Positions 46,177 through 59,626 of a stretch of DNA of 64,000 nucleotides are shown one piece after another. Every line of letters begins with the position of its first letter. Position 1 is the stretch's first letter. The DNA lies in the NCBI GenBank assembly GCA_023920165.1, contig CP089276.1, positions 3,162,001-3,226,000 of the forward strand, written 5' to 3'. The stretch is from Curvularia clavata (taxonomy: Eukaryota). The notes under the pieces were generated by a model. That model was not told the origin of the DNA. It made no database searches and worked only from the letters and a program-made list of their open reading frames with translations. The translations under genes were made by a program, and so were the position numbers.

Positions 46177-46236
46177 CAAAACTACTACTACCAGCACGCC
46201 CGCTGCACGGAACCCCGCTGCTTTGCTGCGCGTACC

Positions 46237-49200
46237 ATGGATTACGGTTTCTCACCTAGCCGAGAGGGTGGCACCATGCATCTTCCCTCTCCTACCCACC
46301 CACACAGCTACCGCTTCGACGGCACCCACTTCTCCCACCTCCAGGAACTACGCCGCTCTCTCTCACGATCTCCCTCGAAACAATCCCGCTTCCAGATCCG
46401 CAACTCCGACACGCCCCGCTCTCCCATTTCCCCGCTCGCCATTGCGCGCGCATTCTCTCCCAAGGCTGCGCACAAGCCCACGAGCCCCATTGCAACCTTT
46501 CTAGAATCGCCCCTGGCGCAGGCCGTCCCAGCGAAGAAGAAATTTTCCCTGCGCCGCTCAGGCATCCGCTCGTCTCCGCGCACCCGCAACAGCAAGTCTA
46601 AGAGTCCACGACGACGCGCCTTGGCCGAGACAACGGACATCGGCAACGCAACGCCCTTCATGACGTGGCCAACCATCGGCCAGGAGAACACGCCTGTCCG
46701 ACGCTCGAGCCCAGAGTCTCCCAACACCATGGACATGGACAAGCGGCTGGAAGTCGACGACAAGCCCATCAAGTTCGAGTTTGCGCGCCGCGCCGACTTG
46801 TCGCCCACACCGCCCGCAAAGTCGAGTCCACTGAAGCGCAATGACGGGCTTATGAACCTCAACGGATCTCCCGGATCTAGCCCCATGGCAAAGCGCCGCA
46901 GTCTCCACGGGGTATCCAGCCTCGGAAATGACTTTGAGAGCATCTTCGACCCATCCCCCGCACAGCGCGCTTCCCCAGAGGATGCGCCCCGCCAGCGCGA
47001 CTTGACCACCGAATTCACCTTCAACAGCTCACCCATACCAAGTGCGCTATCGCCCGTTCGTCGCACAACATCGCTGCGCAAGTCGACTTTGTCTCAGCGT
47101 TCCAACACCCCACGCAAACCCAGTTACGATGGCGAGTTCGCCATGCCTGGACCTGCTGCTTCCAAGACACGTAACCGCATTTCTCTTGATGGTGCAATCA
47201 ACACCTCAATATCTACTCCGGCACCACCCGCTCAAACGCCATTCCGAAAATCCACTTTTGACGCGGGCCGCATGGGCTTGCCTCAGCCGTTCCCTCGGGG
47301 CGGCGCATCGCAGCCGCACCCCTTGTCGCACGCACATACACCGTGCTCAGCTTCATCTAGCATCAGCGGCACACCAATGGCTCCTCCCAGAGCTCCGGCC
47401 GTGCAATGGAGTGGCTCCATGTTCCCACCACCACCCATGTCAAGCAATCCTCATTTCTCTCGTTCCCTACCACTCGGCATAGGCCGGCCCTATGAAACAG
47501 AAGGCGAGCAGTCCACACATGATTCGTTTGATACTCCATTCAAGATTGCGCCAGCGGCGCCTGTCGCTTTTTCCACTGGTCTTTTGTCCAAGAAGAACCG
47601 CAATGCGGATGAGCCAGCAGCAGGCGGCGTCTACGTCATGCCTGATACACCTTCAAAGCGCCAGTCGTTCCCTCCAGCCGCAGGCGACAGGGCAGTCAAC
47701 CTGGACACTCCCCTCGTTAAGCGATCGGGTAGCCTGTTCGGTAACGATGCGCGACCCCAGCACCAATTCGGCACACCCAGCACGCCTTTCAGTGCGAATG
47801 TGTCCAAGTTCTCCACGGAGCCGTTCGGTAAGCGATCAAGCATCTTCGGCGACTTGGGCAACTCCATGCAGCGTCGTGGCAGCTTTGTCAGTATCGACGG
47901 AGACAACGACGAGGACGCTCAGCCTGACAGTCAGTCGCCAACCGCAAACCGGATGGGTGACAGTCAGTCCAGTGTGGATGACATGCCACCCACACCAACC
48001 AAGCCTAGCAATGGCTCCAGCCGGCGCTCAAAGGAGAGCAGCTTGCGCCGCAAGACGTTCCGTTCGCGTCCTTCTATTGGTTCAGATACATTTGCGGCTC
48101 CTGACAACGATGGTCGACCAACGAGTAAGTACACTTATTTTTATAGGTCCCTAGATATCCCAACCTGAGAGCAGCACTAACTAGTCAATAGCAGCTGGAA
48201 GTCTATTTGGTGCAGTATCACCATCAACACCTGCGCACGACTCTGGTGCGCCTCTTGATGCAAGCAGACTGTCAATCTCTGGTAACCGTCGCGGGTCGTT
48301 CCCTTTCAACGCCAGCTTTGGTGCCTTCGCGCCTGCGACTCCAACAACGCCTCGCGACTCTGGATTCTTTGGCAGTGTGTCGGGAGCTATTCCTATCGGC
48401 CTGACAAAGAACGACGTTGATGAGTCGCTGAGCGAACGATTTCACGAGATCAAGCCTCTCGATGGCGGAGAAGGCGAGTTCTCAACCGTGTACCGTGTCA
48501 GCCATCCAGTCAAGCCTTCATCCCAGAGGATGCCTGCTGGTAGCCAAGTTTGGGTAGTCAAGAAGTCCAAGAAGCCCTACATCGGCCCCGGTGACCGCCA
48601 GAAGAAGCTCCGCGAGGTTGAAATTCTGTATGCTCTACGTGGCAATGAACAGGTGCTTGGCATCGAGACACACTGGGAGTTTGACCAACATCTCTATATT
48701 CAAACCGAGTACTGCGAGGGCGGCAACTTGAGGAAATACCTCGATACCGTCGGCTTTAATAGCCGTCTCGATGACTTCCGGATTTGGAAGATCCTGCTAG
48801 AACTGTCGATGGTGAGTATGAAGATAGTCTTTGTTCCAAAACCGTACTAATCCAATCACAGGGTCTCAAAGCCATCCACGAAGCAGGATACATTCACCTC
48901 GATCTCAAGCCTGCCAACGTTCTCATTGACTTCGAGGGCGGGCTGAAGATTGCAGACTTTGGCTTAGCAAGTCAGTGGCCAGCTCCTGCTGGCATTGACG
49001 GTGAGGGTGATCGCCACTACCTCGCTCCTGAGCAACTCTCGGGTCGATTCGATAAGCCTGCAGATGTCTTTGCCTTGGGCATGATGCTTGCCGAAATTGC
49101 TGGTAACTGCGTCATCCCCGAGAACGGCGACTACTGGCAGAAGCTGCGCTCTGGCGAGTTCGAAACCGTGCTCCCAAGCTTGACTTGGAGCGCCGATAGC

Positions 49201-49602
49201 AGCACTCTCAGCCGCGACTCTCATGGCGATCCAGTTCCTGAGTCCGCAAGGCCTTCCATGGATGGCTTCCTCATGTCCGACGCTGCTGAAGACTCGCTGG
49301 CTTCCATCATTGTGAAGGCAGCATCCAACCCCGAGGAAGACCTTGCGCGCGCACCATCTTTCATGGTGCAGCGCAATGATCCCAACTCCATGGACCATGT
49401 CGTTTACGCCATGCTGAACCAAAACCCCGATCACCGACCGACTGCCGACCAAGTGCTCCAGTGCTACGGCTGTCGATGGGTCGACGCTAGGCGTCGCTCT
49501 GGTGCTACCGTTTACGAGGGCAATTTTGGTCCAAGTGAAGAGGTTCTTGCTACATACAACAATGAACACTACGGTGATGCCGATATGATGGATATGAGCT
49601 GA
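46237..49602 (+). CDS. wee1: Wee1/Swe1-family Cdk-inhibitory kinase, 3 exons, about 1082 aa
   Basis: ATG 46237 (MDYGFSP…). Introns 48125-48191 (tandem TAGCAG acceptor; 48194 also possible) and 48812-48861. SP/TP-rich N-terminus, GEGEFSTVY, VVKKSK, LYIQTEYCEGG, IHLDLKPANV, IADFGLA, EGDRHYLAPE. Confidence 0.95.
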
Positions 49603-52388
49603 GTCTCATCCTTGCTCTCCATCGCTCTGCATCGCCCTCTTCGCTATAGCCCTCTTGGTTACGACATGGATCTGAAACTGTCTCGCAAACTGTGTTGCGA
49701 TATGGTTGTACCTTTACGATTTCCCCTCCTGTATTATGCACCACGACCCGGAGTTTGGAGATTGATACAAGGAAAAGGCAATTTCTAGTTGCTTAACGGT
49801 TTCCCATTTAGAGGGCCGTTTGTTTTCATTTGTTCTTCTATTCCCTTTGTTCACTTTTCTTTTGTTCTCACCATCTGTTTCACGAGCTTTTGATGTTTCA
49901 CGGCCGATTCAACTATGGGCTCCAGGTTCTTTTTTTGGCTTTGGGGAAACATGGGAATCATAGTTGGAGTTTTGTGCGTTGCATATGCATCCCCCAACGA
50001 GGATACCTTCGCAGCTGGAAAATAGCGCGAATGGGGATTGGCGTTTCTTGTTTTTTGTTTCCTATTTCTCTTCTTCCTCTTGTCTTAATGGATGATTTGT
50101 ACGGCTTCAATGTCCCGATCAGGGAAAGGCTGGGTGGAAGAGGCGTTGGGCCGGGGAATGGGTTGGGTTGGGTTGGGTGGGTGGAGGTTGGGATAGGAGA
50201 AGGTGGTTAGACGGCTCAAAGGAGGTTTTTGGTGATGGATATCAGAGGTCACATCTGAACCAGACACAATAACACTGACGACTTCCATGACCATATCAAT
50301 GTTTTCTGCTTGCCTTGCAATCTGTGATGTGTGCTGTGTTGTTGAAATTTGGTCAACAAGAAAGAACGAAGAGAAAAAAGAATATCTTGCAAGATTGGTA
50401 TATTGCAGGACTAGACTACTGAATTGAGTTTACAAAACAAAAGACGAGAAAACAAAGAGGAAGAAACGATAAACGGGAAAAGGTTAGAACGGAGAATTTA
50501 GTTTTTGTAGGGAAAAAGTGTATTACTTTGGGAGCAGTAGTTTGCTTCATCCGTGAGGGGTGTGTAGTTGCCATGGAAGGTGATGAAGCAGCCAGCAAGG
50601 AAGTATGGGATAACAAGACAACGAACCAGATAACAGAGCTAACCTAGTAAAAGAACAAACCCCTAAACAACTTCTTGTTCATCTCGCCATGATATGCACT
50701 GCTTGTCTTGTCTCCTCTATTTGTGCAGAGCGGATGCAAATATTCCGTATACATCCAAAGTATCGAACAATTCATTGTATTCCTTCACCCTTGTTCGCAA
50801 CTGCAGTCATTACATCATTCAATACCCAGAAAGAACTACCGACATTACTCCTGGTCATATGTAACAACGTGGCCAGCCGGGTGCAAGCCACATAGCCAGG
50901 TGCAAGCCACGCGGGCAGTCTCCTTCATCGTGGCCTAATGAACCTCAATCGTCAACCACTGACCCAACACAGCGTGAAGCCACGTGCCAACTGAGGTCAT
51001 GTGGCTTGAAATCAATCTATCTCGCCAGGAGGCGCAGTATCACATGCCCATCCCATCTGGCTCTCGTTGCATTCATAAGCATGGCTACTGTGTCTTATCA
51101 CTTTGACCTTCGAGAACGTGGCGCACGCCTTCGAGTAGCTTGGCAAGCCATGCCGCGGGTGTTTGCGTAGCTCCGATCTCGAACGATCGAATAATTTCTT
51201 TTGTCCCAATCTCCAGGGAACTTCTTCCAAGAAATTATGACGAAGAACATGTTCACCGTATACATTGCTTAGACACTTGCATTCGGAGGCACCCTAACTG
51301 AAGTTTGAGCCAAAATCCTCTCAGTCGAGACCTGTCTTATCGAATCCTGCCAACTGCTCAGCCTACTCGCCAAACGGCCTGGAATAAGGCCGAGAACGGG
51401 TGAAGAGGGCTCCGAAGCTCTTGGGCAACGGCACAAATCGATCTACTTTTGATCTGCACCAGCCTGATGGAAGCTGCCAAGAGACGGTCGTACTTCGCTC
51501 CAATAGTGGATTAAGCGCATGCTAAGCTCTCCCGGGACCAGGGCTTACCCTCGGTTACAAGTGCAACACGAGGCAGTCAGGGACTGGGAACTACCCATTG
51601 CTGCCATGTGGTATAGCATGGCTATTACCCAGTGTCCACAGTCACTCTGTATCAGCACCCCTAGACTTATAAGTGGTGGGTTTTCTTCGCTATATGCTAA
51701 CACCGGCTCTAAGCAAGGAGGAGGGGTTACACCGCCGCGCAATGGCAACGTCAATGCTCCAAACGCTTCGGTAATGAATTTCGGTTGAGGATACCCTGTC
51801 ATCCTTTGGAGCAGGGGACATACGCCCAGAAGACACCGGGGCTTGGGCTATACACGTTGCCTGGCAAGGATTCATATGGTGGCTTGCATGCCGTCGGGAC
51901 TTGGCTCAACTCTGCTCTCGTATGCAAGGCGGATGTGTTTTCTGACTGCAGCAGCGTTCAGAACCCTTATAAAATGAGCATCCGGAGCAACATCACAGCT
52001 TCATATTTCTGTAGTAGATGATGCGCATCAAGTCGGGGTAGCAGCTACAGAGCGGGGTTTCCGCAGCCCCCGTGGGGTCATTGCGTCAAGCTCCATTCAT
52101 CACCTAGTTCCTAAGTGGGCCTAACATCCGGGCGCGAACGCCACCCGGCCTTCGCATTGAGCTTACCGCCGCCAGACTTTTGTGCTGGAAATTACAAGTT
52201 GCGGCATAGTCATTGACTTGCGGCAGAGACGTACAAATTAGTGGAAAGACCCGCTTGCCAACAGGTACAAAGAGCAGGCACAATTGTTGATGAACAACTG
52301 CTACCTCTTCAACTCGTGTCCGTCAGTTCTCTTCTCTTGTGGATTTACAGCTCCTGTAAGTTGCAGCAAGCTAAGGAACACACTCGCA

Positions 52389-53772
52389 ATGCCTTCTACC
52401 ACATCATTCGTCGCCGTCGGCGCGGCAGTCGGACATGCTTTGGCGGCGCGTACTGTACCCCAGTATGCCCAGGTCGTGGACCAGAAGAGCTTCAATGTTC
52501 TGCCCGTGGTTCCACCTCCGACCGAGTTCAACGCGACAAACGTGAGTTTTCCTTTTAATGATTGACCTGTCATGGGAAAGTTCTAACTGGGATGCAGCTG
52601 TTCACGTTTCCTGGTACGACACAGGAATCGATGCTGGCCAAGCCTTTCCACATCTTCGACGATGAGTTCTATGATGTGATCGGCACCAACCCATCCCTGA
52701 CCACAATTGCTACCTCTGCATCGGATCCTATCTTCCACGAGGCAGTCACTTGGTACCCTCCTACTGATGAGGTCTTCTTCGTTCAAAACGCTGGCCCCCC
52801 TGCTGCGGGCACCGGATTGAACAAGTCTTCTATCATCCAGAAGATCTCCCTCGCCGATGCCGAGAAGGTCCGCAAAGGAACCCTGAAGGCGGCCCCTGTG
52901 ACGGTGGTCAACACGTCCAACCCCCAGGTGATCAACCCCAACGGTGGTACCAACTACAAGGGAAAGATCATCTTCGCTGGCGAGGGCCAAGGAGACCGTG
53001 TGCCATCAGCGCTTTACGTCATGGACCCTCAACCGCCTTACAAGACTTCCAGTAAGTTCAGCCTCAACCCCAAAAAAGGATCGATAAGCGACGATCAGTG
53101 ATTAACACGCGCACAGCTCTCATCAACAACTACTTTGGCCGTCAGTTTAATTCGTTGAACGACCTTACCGTCAGCCCTGCCAATGGCGATCTGTACTTCA
53201 CAGATACACTTTACGGCTATCTCCAGAACTTCCGCCCTTACCCCGGCATCAGGGAGCAGGTGTACCGCTACAACTTCAACACCGGTGCCATTACCGTGGC
53301 AGCGGATGGCTTCCGCCACCCCAATGGCATCACCATGTCCCCTGACGGCAAGAAGGCCTACGTCTCTGACACTGGCATTGCTGATGGCTTCTTCGGCTAC
53401 AACTTCACTGCCCCTGCCTCCATCTACTCTTTTGATGTTAACAAGGATGGTACTTTTGCCAACCGCCAGACTTTTGCTTTCGTTTCCGTTGGTATCCCTG
53501 ATGGTATGTTTTGCACACTGATAACCACATGAAAGAGCTTCTCCCCGCTAACGTATTCTTCAGGTGTTCACACCGACTCCAAGGGCCGCCTGTACGCTGG
53601 TTGCGGTGACGGTGTCTGGGTCTACAACACTGCTGCCAAGCTTATTGGCAAGATTTACACTGGAACGACTGCTGCCAACTTCCAGTTTGCTGGAAACGGA
53701 CGTATGATCATCACCGGACAGACCAAGTTGTTCTACGTCACCTTGGGTGCATCTGGTGCTCCCATCCAGTAG
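52389..53772 (+). CDS. Secreted SMP-30/gluconolactonase-family lactonohydrolase, 4 exons, 400 aa
   Basis: Introns 52542-52597, 53052-53116, 53504-53563; FHEA, NPNGG, GRQFNSLND, LYFTD..YG, PNGI..SPDG, PDGVHTD. Confidence 0.92.
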
Positions 53773-55557
53773 ACATTGTCGATGTATTCTTCATTGTTGA
53801 GCCCACATGATGTGCCGAATTCATACAGCACATAGCGTAGCGTGAATAGACTAATAGCATCGAAACATAATGTAATGTCAAGTAAACACTCTGTACTGGA
53901 AACCAAATCGTCTACCTGTGTTGTACCATGAGAGAAATGAGTGTCAAGTATGTCAAGGTACTAGGATCACGCCACGGCTGACGCCAGCTTCGTGACATCC
54001 GAGCCGCTAATAATGCGCTCTTTTACCCAGCGCTCCTGCTCCTGTCTGATCAGGTTAGAGATATGGATGGAGAATCAAATCACGTAATGCGGAGCTGAAA
54101 GCGGCTGGAGAGATTGGTTCTGCTGTGCCACGCCAAGTAGGACGGCGCTATAGAAGGACCGGCGAACTTCTTTCCCCGGCATAGCCACCCCATGGGAACA
54201 CATTTCCTCCTCCGCGTACCGTAGTGTCCCTGCAACTTATCACTAACCTGCCACCACGAAACCAGTCAAAACACCGCACGCCACATAGCCTTGCATGTGG
54301 TAGAGTAATAGAGTTTGGACATGACACAGCTCGACCCGTAGTGTCCGTACACAGCACACCCACACCTATCGCATTTCCTTTCGCTCCTGACTCTCGATCC
54401 TTTCTAGTGTGGGCTTCGTTCCGCAGCTACAACAATAATAGCTTCGAACACTCCTCGGTCCGGACGATCAGGCATTCCGAAGGAAGGACCTCAGCTGGAT
54501 TAGGGCCCCTTGGCACGCCAAGGAAGAAGGAGCTGGGAGAAGTTTTCGTGTCCTTGAATGTTGGTTTGTTTGCATGGGTGACACATATATTGTGTGATTG
54601 GGCGACTACGCTGCCCGGGCCTTTCTGCTGCAAGGAACGATCTGTATTATACAGGAGTTTGGGACAGATGAGCGCATGAGTCGTCCCATGGCCACCTCGC
54701 AATCCGTTCCAAATGTCGGCTGACATTTACTCTTCGGTGCAATTCTCCCGTGTTGTTGACGCGCAGACAACCATGTGGGTGGTCAGTGAGACCGTACATA
54801 TGTCTAGACTGTATGCCAATGTATTGTGGGAAGGGGTCAACCTCTCTGTCGGGTCCATGGCATCTATGGTCAGACGGCGGTTCATCGGAGGACTACGGTG
54901 ATGCTTGGATGTGTGAAGCTCGCCACTGTCAGCAAAGAAGTTAGAAATCACGAGCAGGAGAACCATTCACAGAGCCCGGAAACCGTTACAGTCGTGTATT
55001 GAAGGACCCAGGACTCGCTCTGACACGTTTACGTAGGTATCGTATGGGAAAGAGAAAACGATGAAGGCCCAACCCAAAGGCCCGATGTCTGCAAAATGGC
55101 ACCAGGGATGGCGAAGACTGGCTAATCTCCCTCAGAACTCGCGAATGGGAGCATTTACTAAGCGAGAGTGAGGCTTTTTGCCAAGCTGATGATTCGGGAC
55201 TTCCATTGCTGCCGCGCCACCTTCTGGGCGCGGTTCGCTATGAGGACGCCAAATGATGAAAGCCCTGGCCTTTCGGTTTCTCCCATGGAACAAGGGCACG
55301 CTTAAGGCGCACAACCACCACCGACGCCATCCCTGAAGGTACGGCTCGCGTACGGGGCAAACGTCGACGTTTGAGATAGTTCCTGTTTTCTACGGGTGAC
55401 AGGGCTCCCGCTTGTGTGCCAAGATGCGGGCAGGGAGGGTACCTTCTTGAAGTAAAGTGGAGGCAGATCTCCCAAGATCGACCATCAGTCAACTCCACCT
55501 TTTTGCTTTGCTCACAAGCATACTTTGTACGACTCTTCCACCCCTGCCCTGCCTATC

Positions 55558-56706
55558 ATGGCAACATCCCTTCCTTTGTTGAAGGTCATTGCTGCCGTAT
55601 TCCTCAGTGTAGCATTTTACAACTTTATCGAACTTAATGTCTACATTCTCACTCTCTTCAAACGGCGGAGCGGCCTTTATTTCTGGAGTTTCGTGGTTTC
55701 GACATATGGAGTCCTTTTCAATGCCACTGGATACACCCTCATGCATCTGGTTCAGCTGAAGCAGAAGAATGTCTACGCTACTTGTATCCTCATAGGATGG
55801 TGTATGATGATTACTGGCCAATCGGTGGTGCTGTACTCACGACTGCATATCGTGATGCACAATCTGCGATGGCTGAAGTACGTCCTGAGCATGATTATCG
55901 TCAACGCAATCTGGCTACACATTCCTGTAATCGTAATCGTATACGGAACCAACTCGAGCCACCCAGAGCCCTGGGTCCCCGTCTATAACGTCTACGAGCG
56001 GATCCAGCTCACCGTCTTCATCGCCCAAGAACTCATCATCTCAGGCTTGTATCTGTTCGAAACCACCAAGCTTCTGCGCCTGGAGCGCACGATTGGAAAC
56101 GTGGGAACCCGGAAACTCCTGTACCACCTCCTCTCTGTCAATACGCTCGTCATCCTCCTCGACTTTAGCATCCTTGCTCTCGAATTCGCAGATCTCTTTG
56201 AGATCCAAACGTCCTGGAAGCCGCTCGTCTACAGTATCAAGCTCAAGCTCGAATTCAGCATCCTTACGCGCCTTGTCAATCTGACTCGGAAAGCAAGAAG
56301 TGGAAATGGCGCGAGCTCCTACGGCCAAAACGCCTACGGCCACAATGCCTACGACCATAATGCAGCAGATACCGGCGGCGTCGCACTCGGCACTATGAAG
56401 AACAAGAGCAACATCCAGCGATCCGTGCTCGGGACCAACAAGGAAGAAACAGATACCTGGGAGGTTCATGTTAGCACTGGCAAAGGCAACACCAAGGCGA
56501 TGCCATCGCAAGTCGTCAAGACAACAGAGTTCACAGTGCATAGTCACAGCCGGCAAGCGAGCACCGAGAGCCTGGTCGAGAACGGCCAGAAGAACTTTAT
56601 TCACAGTAATGTCCAAGAGTCGCATCATGAGATTGAGAGGGATAGCGCATCGTCGGTCCTGTCGGATCCGCACTATAGGAGGCAGAATGAAGGGCAGCAA
56701 TGGTAA
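55558..56706 (+). CDS. Fungal multi-pass (about 6-7 TM) integral membrane protein with cytosolic tail, 382 aa
   Basis: Alternating hydrophobic segments with FKRRSGLYFWS, GQSVVLYSRLHIV, QE.IISGLY, YSIKLKLEF.IL motifs of a common uncharacterised fungal family. Confidence 0.88.
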   Translation: MATSLPLLKVIAAVFLSVAFYNFIELNVYILTLFKRRSGLYFWSFVVSTYGVLFNATGYTLMHLVQLKQKNVYATCILIGWCMMITGQSVVLYSRLHIVMHNLRWLKYVLSMIIVNAIWLHIPVIVIVYGTNSSHPEPWVPVYNVYERIQLTVFIAQELIISGLYLFETTKLLRLERTIGNVGTRKLLYHLLSVNTLVILLDFSILALEFADLFEIQTSWKPLVYSIKLKLEFSILTRLVNLTRKARSGNGASSYGQNAYGHNAYDHNAADTGGVALGTMKNKSNIQRSVLGTNKEETDTWEVHVSTGKGNTKAMPSQVVKTTEFTVHSHSRQASTESLVENGQKNFIHSNVQESHHEIERDSASSVLSDPHYRRQNEGQQW

Positions 56707-57489
56707 TGTCCTTGTACGCTGGATTGGGAGGAAATGATACTATCGATATACCTACTTGGCTTTTGTTTTTCTTTCCTATGTTTTTCCTAACGAAGCGCCT
56801 TTTTGAGACAATGAAAGTCCCCGGTTTATTCTTCGTCATGCTAGTCCAGATGCTTTCCACTTGAACTGCTGTGAATGTGATTTGGGCCTGCGACTCGTCG
56901 AGTCCCAAGCTCGCTCTCGACACACCTCATACAGTAGCGGTACTACTGCTGCATCGCGAAGAAGAAAAACCCATGTTCATCGCTTAAGAACCCACGTGGG
57001 GAAAATGATGATATTCGAGCGTTCGAGACCTTCATGTGAACGAATGTCTCAAAGCTACAGTCCAAGCCCAGGTAAAAGGTACAAGACTAACCTTTCTCGT
57101 AAGAATCACACCATCGCATGATGCCGCGACAAAGGAAAAAAGGGCCGTATCCTACCTACAATACACTTCTCACGTTATCGGCTCGCGGCGAAAAGGTGTA
57201 CAAGTAAGCGTATTCAGGTACACAAAACTGCCGAGTGGACTATTGCAAGGGCCGGCCGGACGGGGACGGACAAGTCTGATATCACGTGACGTAATGCAGG
57301 TAACCGAATCTTCCCCTCTTTCCCCCCATTTTCCACCCTTACCCACGTACCCACCTAACCCCCCCGCGCCCTGGCCATAACCCCAGCCGTGCTTATGTTT
57401 GAACACCCTACATATAGTAATCCTTTTTTTTTTGCGAGCAAAAAAAAAGGCGCCTTTAAACTTTATCGGCGACTACACACTAGTCTCGA

Positions 57490-58055
57490 TCTGAGGTCTT
57501 TCGCTTTAGTCTAGAAGGGCCACAAGGCGTTAGACGCGTACTACGCACTGGCTGCTTTGAGTGTAGGTGCATATGTAAGAGTCTCTCTCTGGCCGCGAGA
57601 TTCGCCTATGCTGACCAGCGTGGCTTATCGCGTACGAAGTATGTAGACGCCTCGGTACCGTGGTACTGGGAATTGGGGGCGCGCACGCGCAGGGAGAGGG
57701 AAGGTTTTACTTTGAATGTTGAAGTAGTAGTCTTTACAGAAACCCCCCTCCCCCCTGTGAGTCCCCCCGGGAGCGATGTCTACATTATGCAAAAAATGTA
57801 TGGATGCCCGAAGGAAGAGCAGAACAGATCGATGTCGGTTAATTGGCCCGGTAAAATGAGCGTTGGGTTACAAGGCGCGGTTTCATTCCCCCACACACCC
57901 CCCTAAGACCTTAGACCTTGCGCTTTTATTAGGAGCGTGGTATGTATTATAGGGGTCTTTGTGGCGCTCGTATAGGCCGGAGGAGTAAGTAGGCCGGTAG
58001 TTGTTGGAATGTCACACTTTCTGACTAGCTCCGTGTTATTTGTTTGCTGCGGTAG
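57490..58055 (+). ncRNA. Candidate structured non-coding RNA (unidentified)
   Basis: Many nested helices with G-U pairs that favour the + strand, no credible ORF, and a promoter-like region upstream. See findings. Confidence 0.4.
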
Positions 58056-59626
58056 TGCCTGAGTACCGACAGAATGGTTACTTTGACGACGCTACTTGTT
58101 ATGCTGCGGACTTTGCTGTTTGTGGGAGGTGCGAGCGGCGGAAGGGAGATGAGCAGGTGCCGGCCGGTGGTTTGAAACTAATAGTATGCATCGGGGATTC
58201 AATGGCTAGGATAGCGATTGGGAAGGTGTGAAGTGCGGGTTCATGGGTCGGGGAGGCGGAAAGTTGCGTTGGGCGGAGATGCTACTGGACAAAGGCATAT
58301 CCAATTGGTAGTTGGGCTTGGCCCAGGCCAGTGTTGATACCTTTCATCGAGCCCAATTATCTCTTTGACATGACATGCTCTCGCTTAATATCTGTATCAC
58401 TATTTGATAATGCAACCCTCCTGGTCTTTGCGTTAGGACACGGAACAACTTCCAACTGTGTGGACGTTGGTATGGTCTAGCTGTCGCTACCTCCCGCCCA
58501 AGTCGCCCAATTCTATTATTCGCATTTGACCTTCAAGTGACGACCGACAAGGCCAGAACGCTCAGCCAAGCTCTGGAAGCATTCGAGGACCGAGCGGAGA
58601 AAGTCTTACAGTTTCGGCCGACTTGCGACGATCCTGAAACGAGGAGTTGGTGAGATCGTTGTATCCTAGGATAATAAATTGATGCAGCAATCCCCAATGA
58701 CAGTTGATTGTGCGAGACATATTTAAGTCAAATTCTATTTGATGCACTGGATGTCAGCTCTAGAAATATCGATGTGAATTCATTTGCTCACATTATGCGC
58801 CGCCAGCTTATCTTATGGTTTTCATAATCTACATGTTTTAGGATCTGGCACTCCAACAGCCCCCACTCATGGTGCCGCATGATGATACATAAACCGACAC
58901 TCGAAGTAGTATTATCTCTGATGGAGTTATGACTATGGTTACTTTGATATTTCCTTCTACAGTTGCTTCCTGTCATTTTCACAGCGACGCGGCTAAATCC
59001 AGATGTCCCTTCCGCGCGAACCCGCAACGTCCACGATGAGACAATGTCTTCTTACCATTGTTGCTCAAAACACTGGTACTTTGATGTTCGGGGGTATGCG
59101 ATGGTTGTTCTCTGCATCGTGAGCAGCTAACATTATGTAGCAGTGCACCTCGACAGTCGTAAGTTATTGCGCCATCAAATCTCAGTATTTGAGTAGCCAT
59201 GCGAAACTGCTAGCCAATTCGCTCACGGAGAAATTTCTCATAAAGTGTGCTGCTATGCTCTCGACCTTCTCTAACATGCCCAAATGGGCGAGTGGCTGCC
59301 GGCTAAGCCTCAGCCGAACCCACGTTCCTGACGTGACATGTCTCAGAAAATCATTTCGAGACTGCATGTAAACCACCAAAAGGCTTGTTCAGGCCTTTGT
59401 CACTGGACAAGACCTGTTTTTTACCTGTACCAAGCATTATGCACGGAATCTCCCCGCCTTCTCCACTGGCTGTGGCGGGATGGTGCGCATATTATTGAGA
59501 TAGATTGCGCTCCCTTGATCACCTCCTACCGAGTAGATTGCATTCCTCAGGTTGCAATCTCCTGCACTCTTTTTCTTTCTATCTTTTCTTGTTTCTGCTG
59601 GTCAGCATGTGTATCGTTGTTGAGCA

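Noticed and set aside
45045..46504. Several 150-265 aa overlapping ORFs upstream of wee1
   Set aside because: Expected in very GC-rich, stop-poor leader sequence; translations are low-complexity.
56813..56824. GAAAGTCCCCGG, matching the RNase MRP P4 5' strand
   Set aside because: No complementary GGGGCTYA (CR-V) downstream at a suitable distance; it lies in a 3'UTR-like region.
57004..57011. ATGATGA box C-like motif
   Set aside because: No CTGA box D or terminal stem within snoRNA distance.
57354..57361. CCTAACCC as a telomerase RNA template for the folded element
   Set aside because: Only 8 nt, within a C-rich promoter-like tract. No Sm site precedes the splice donor, and no U-A triple-helix pseudoknot or P6.1 was identified.
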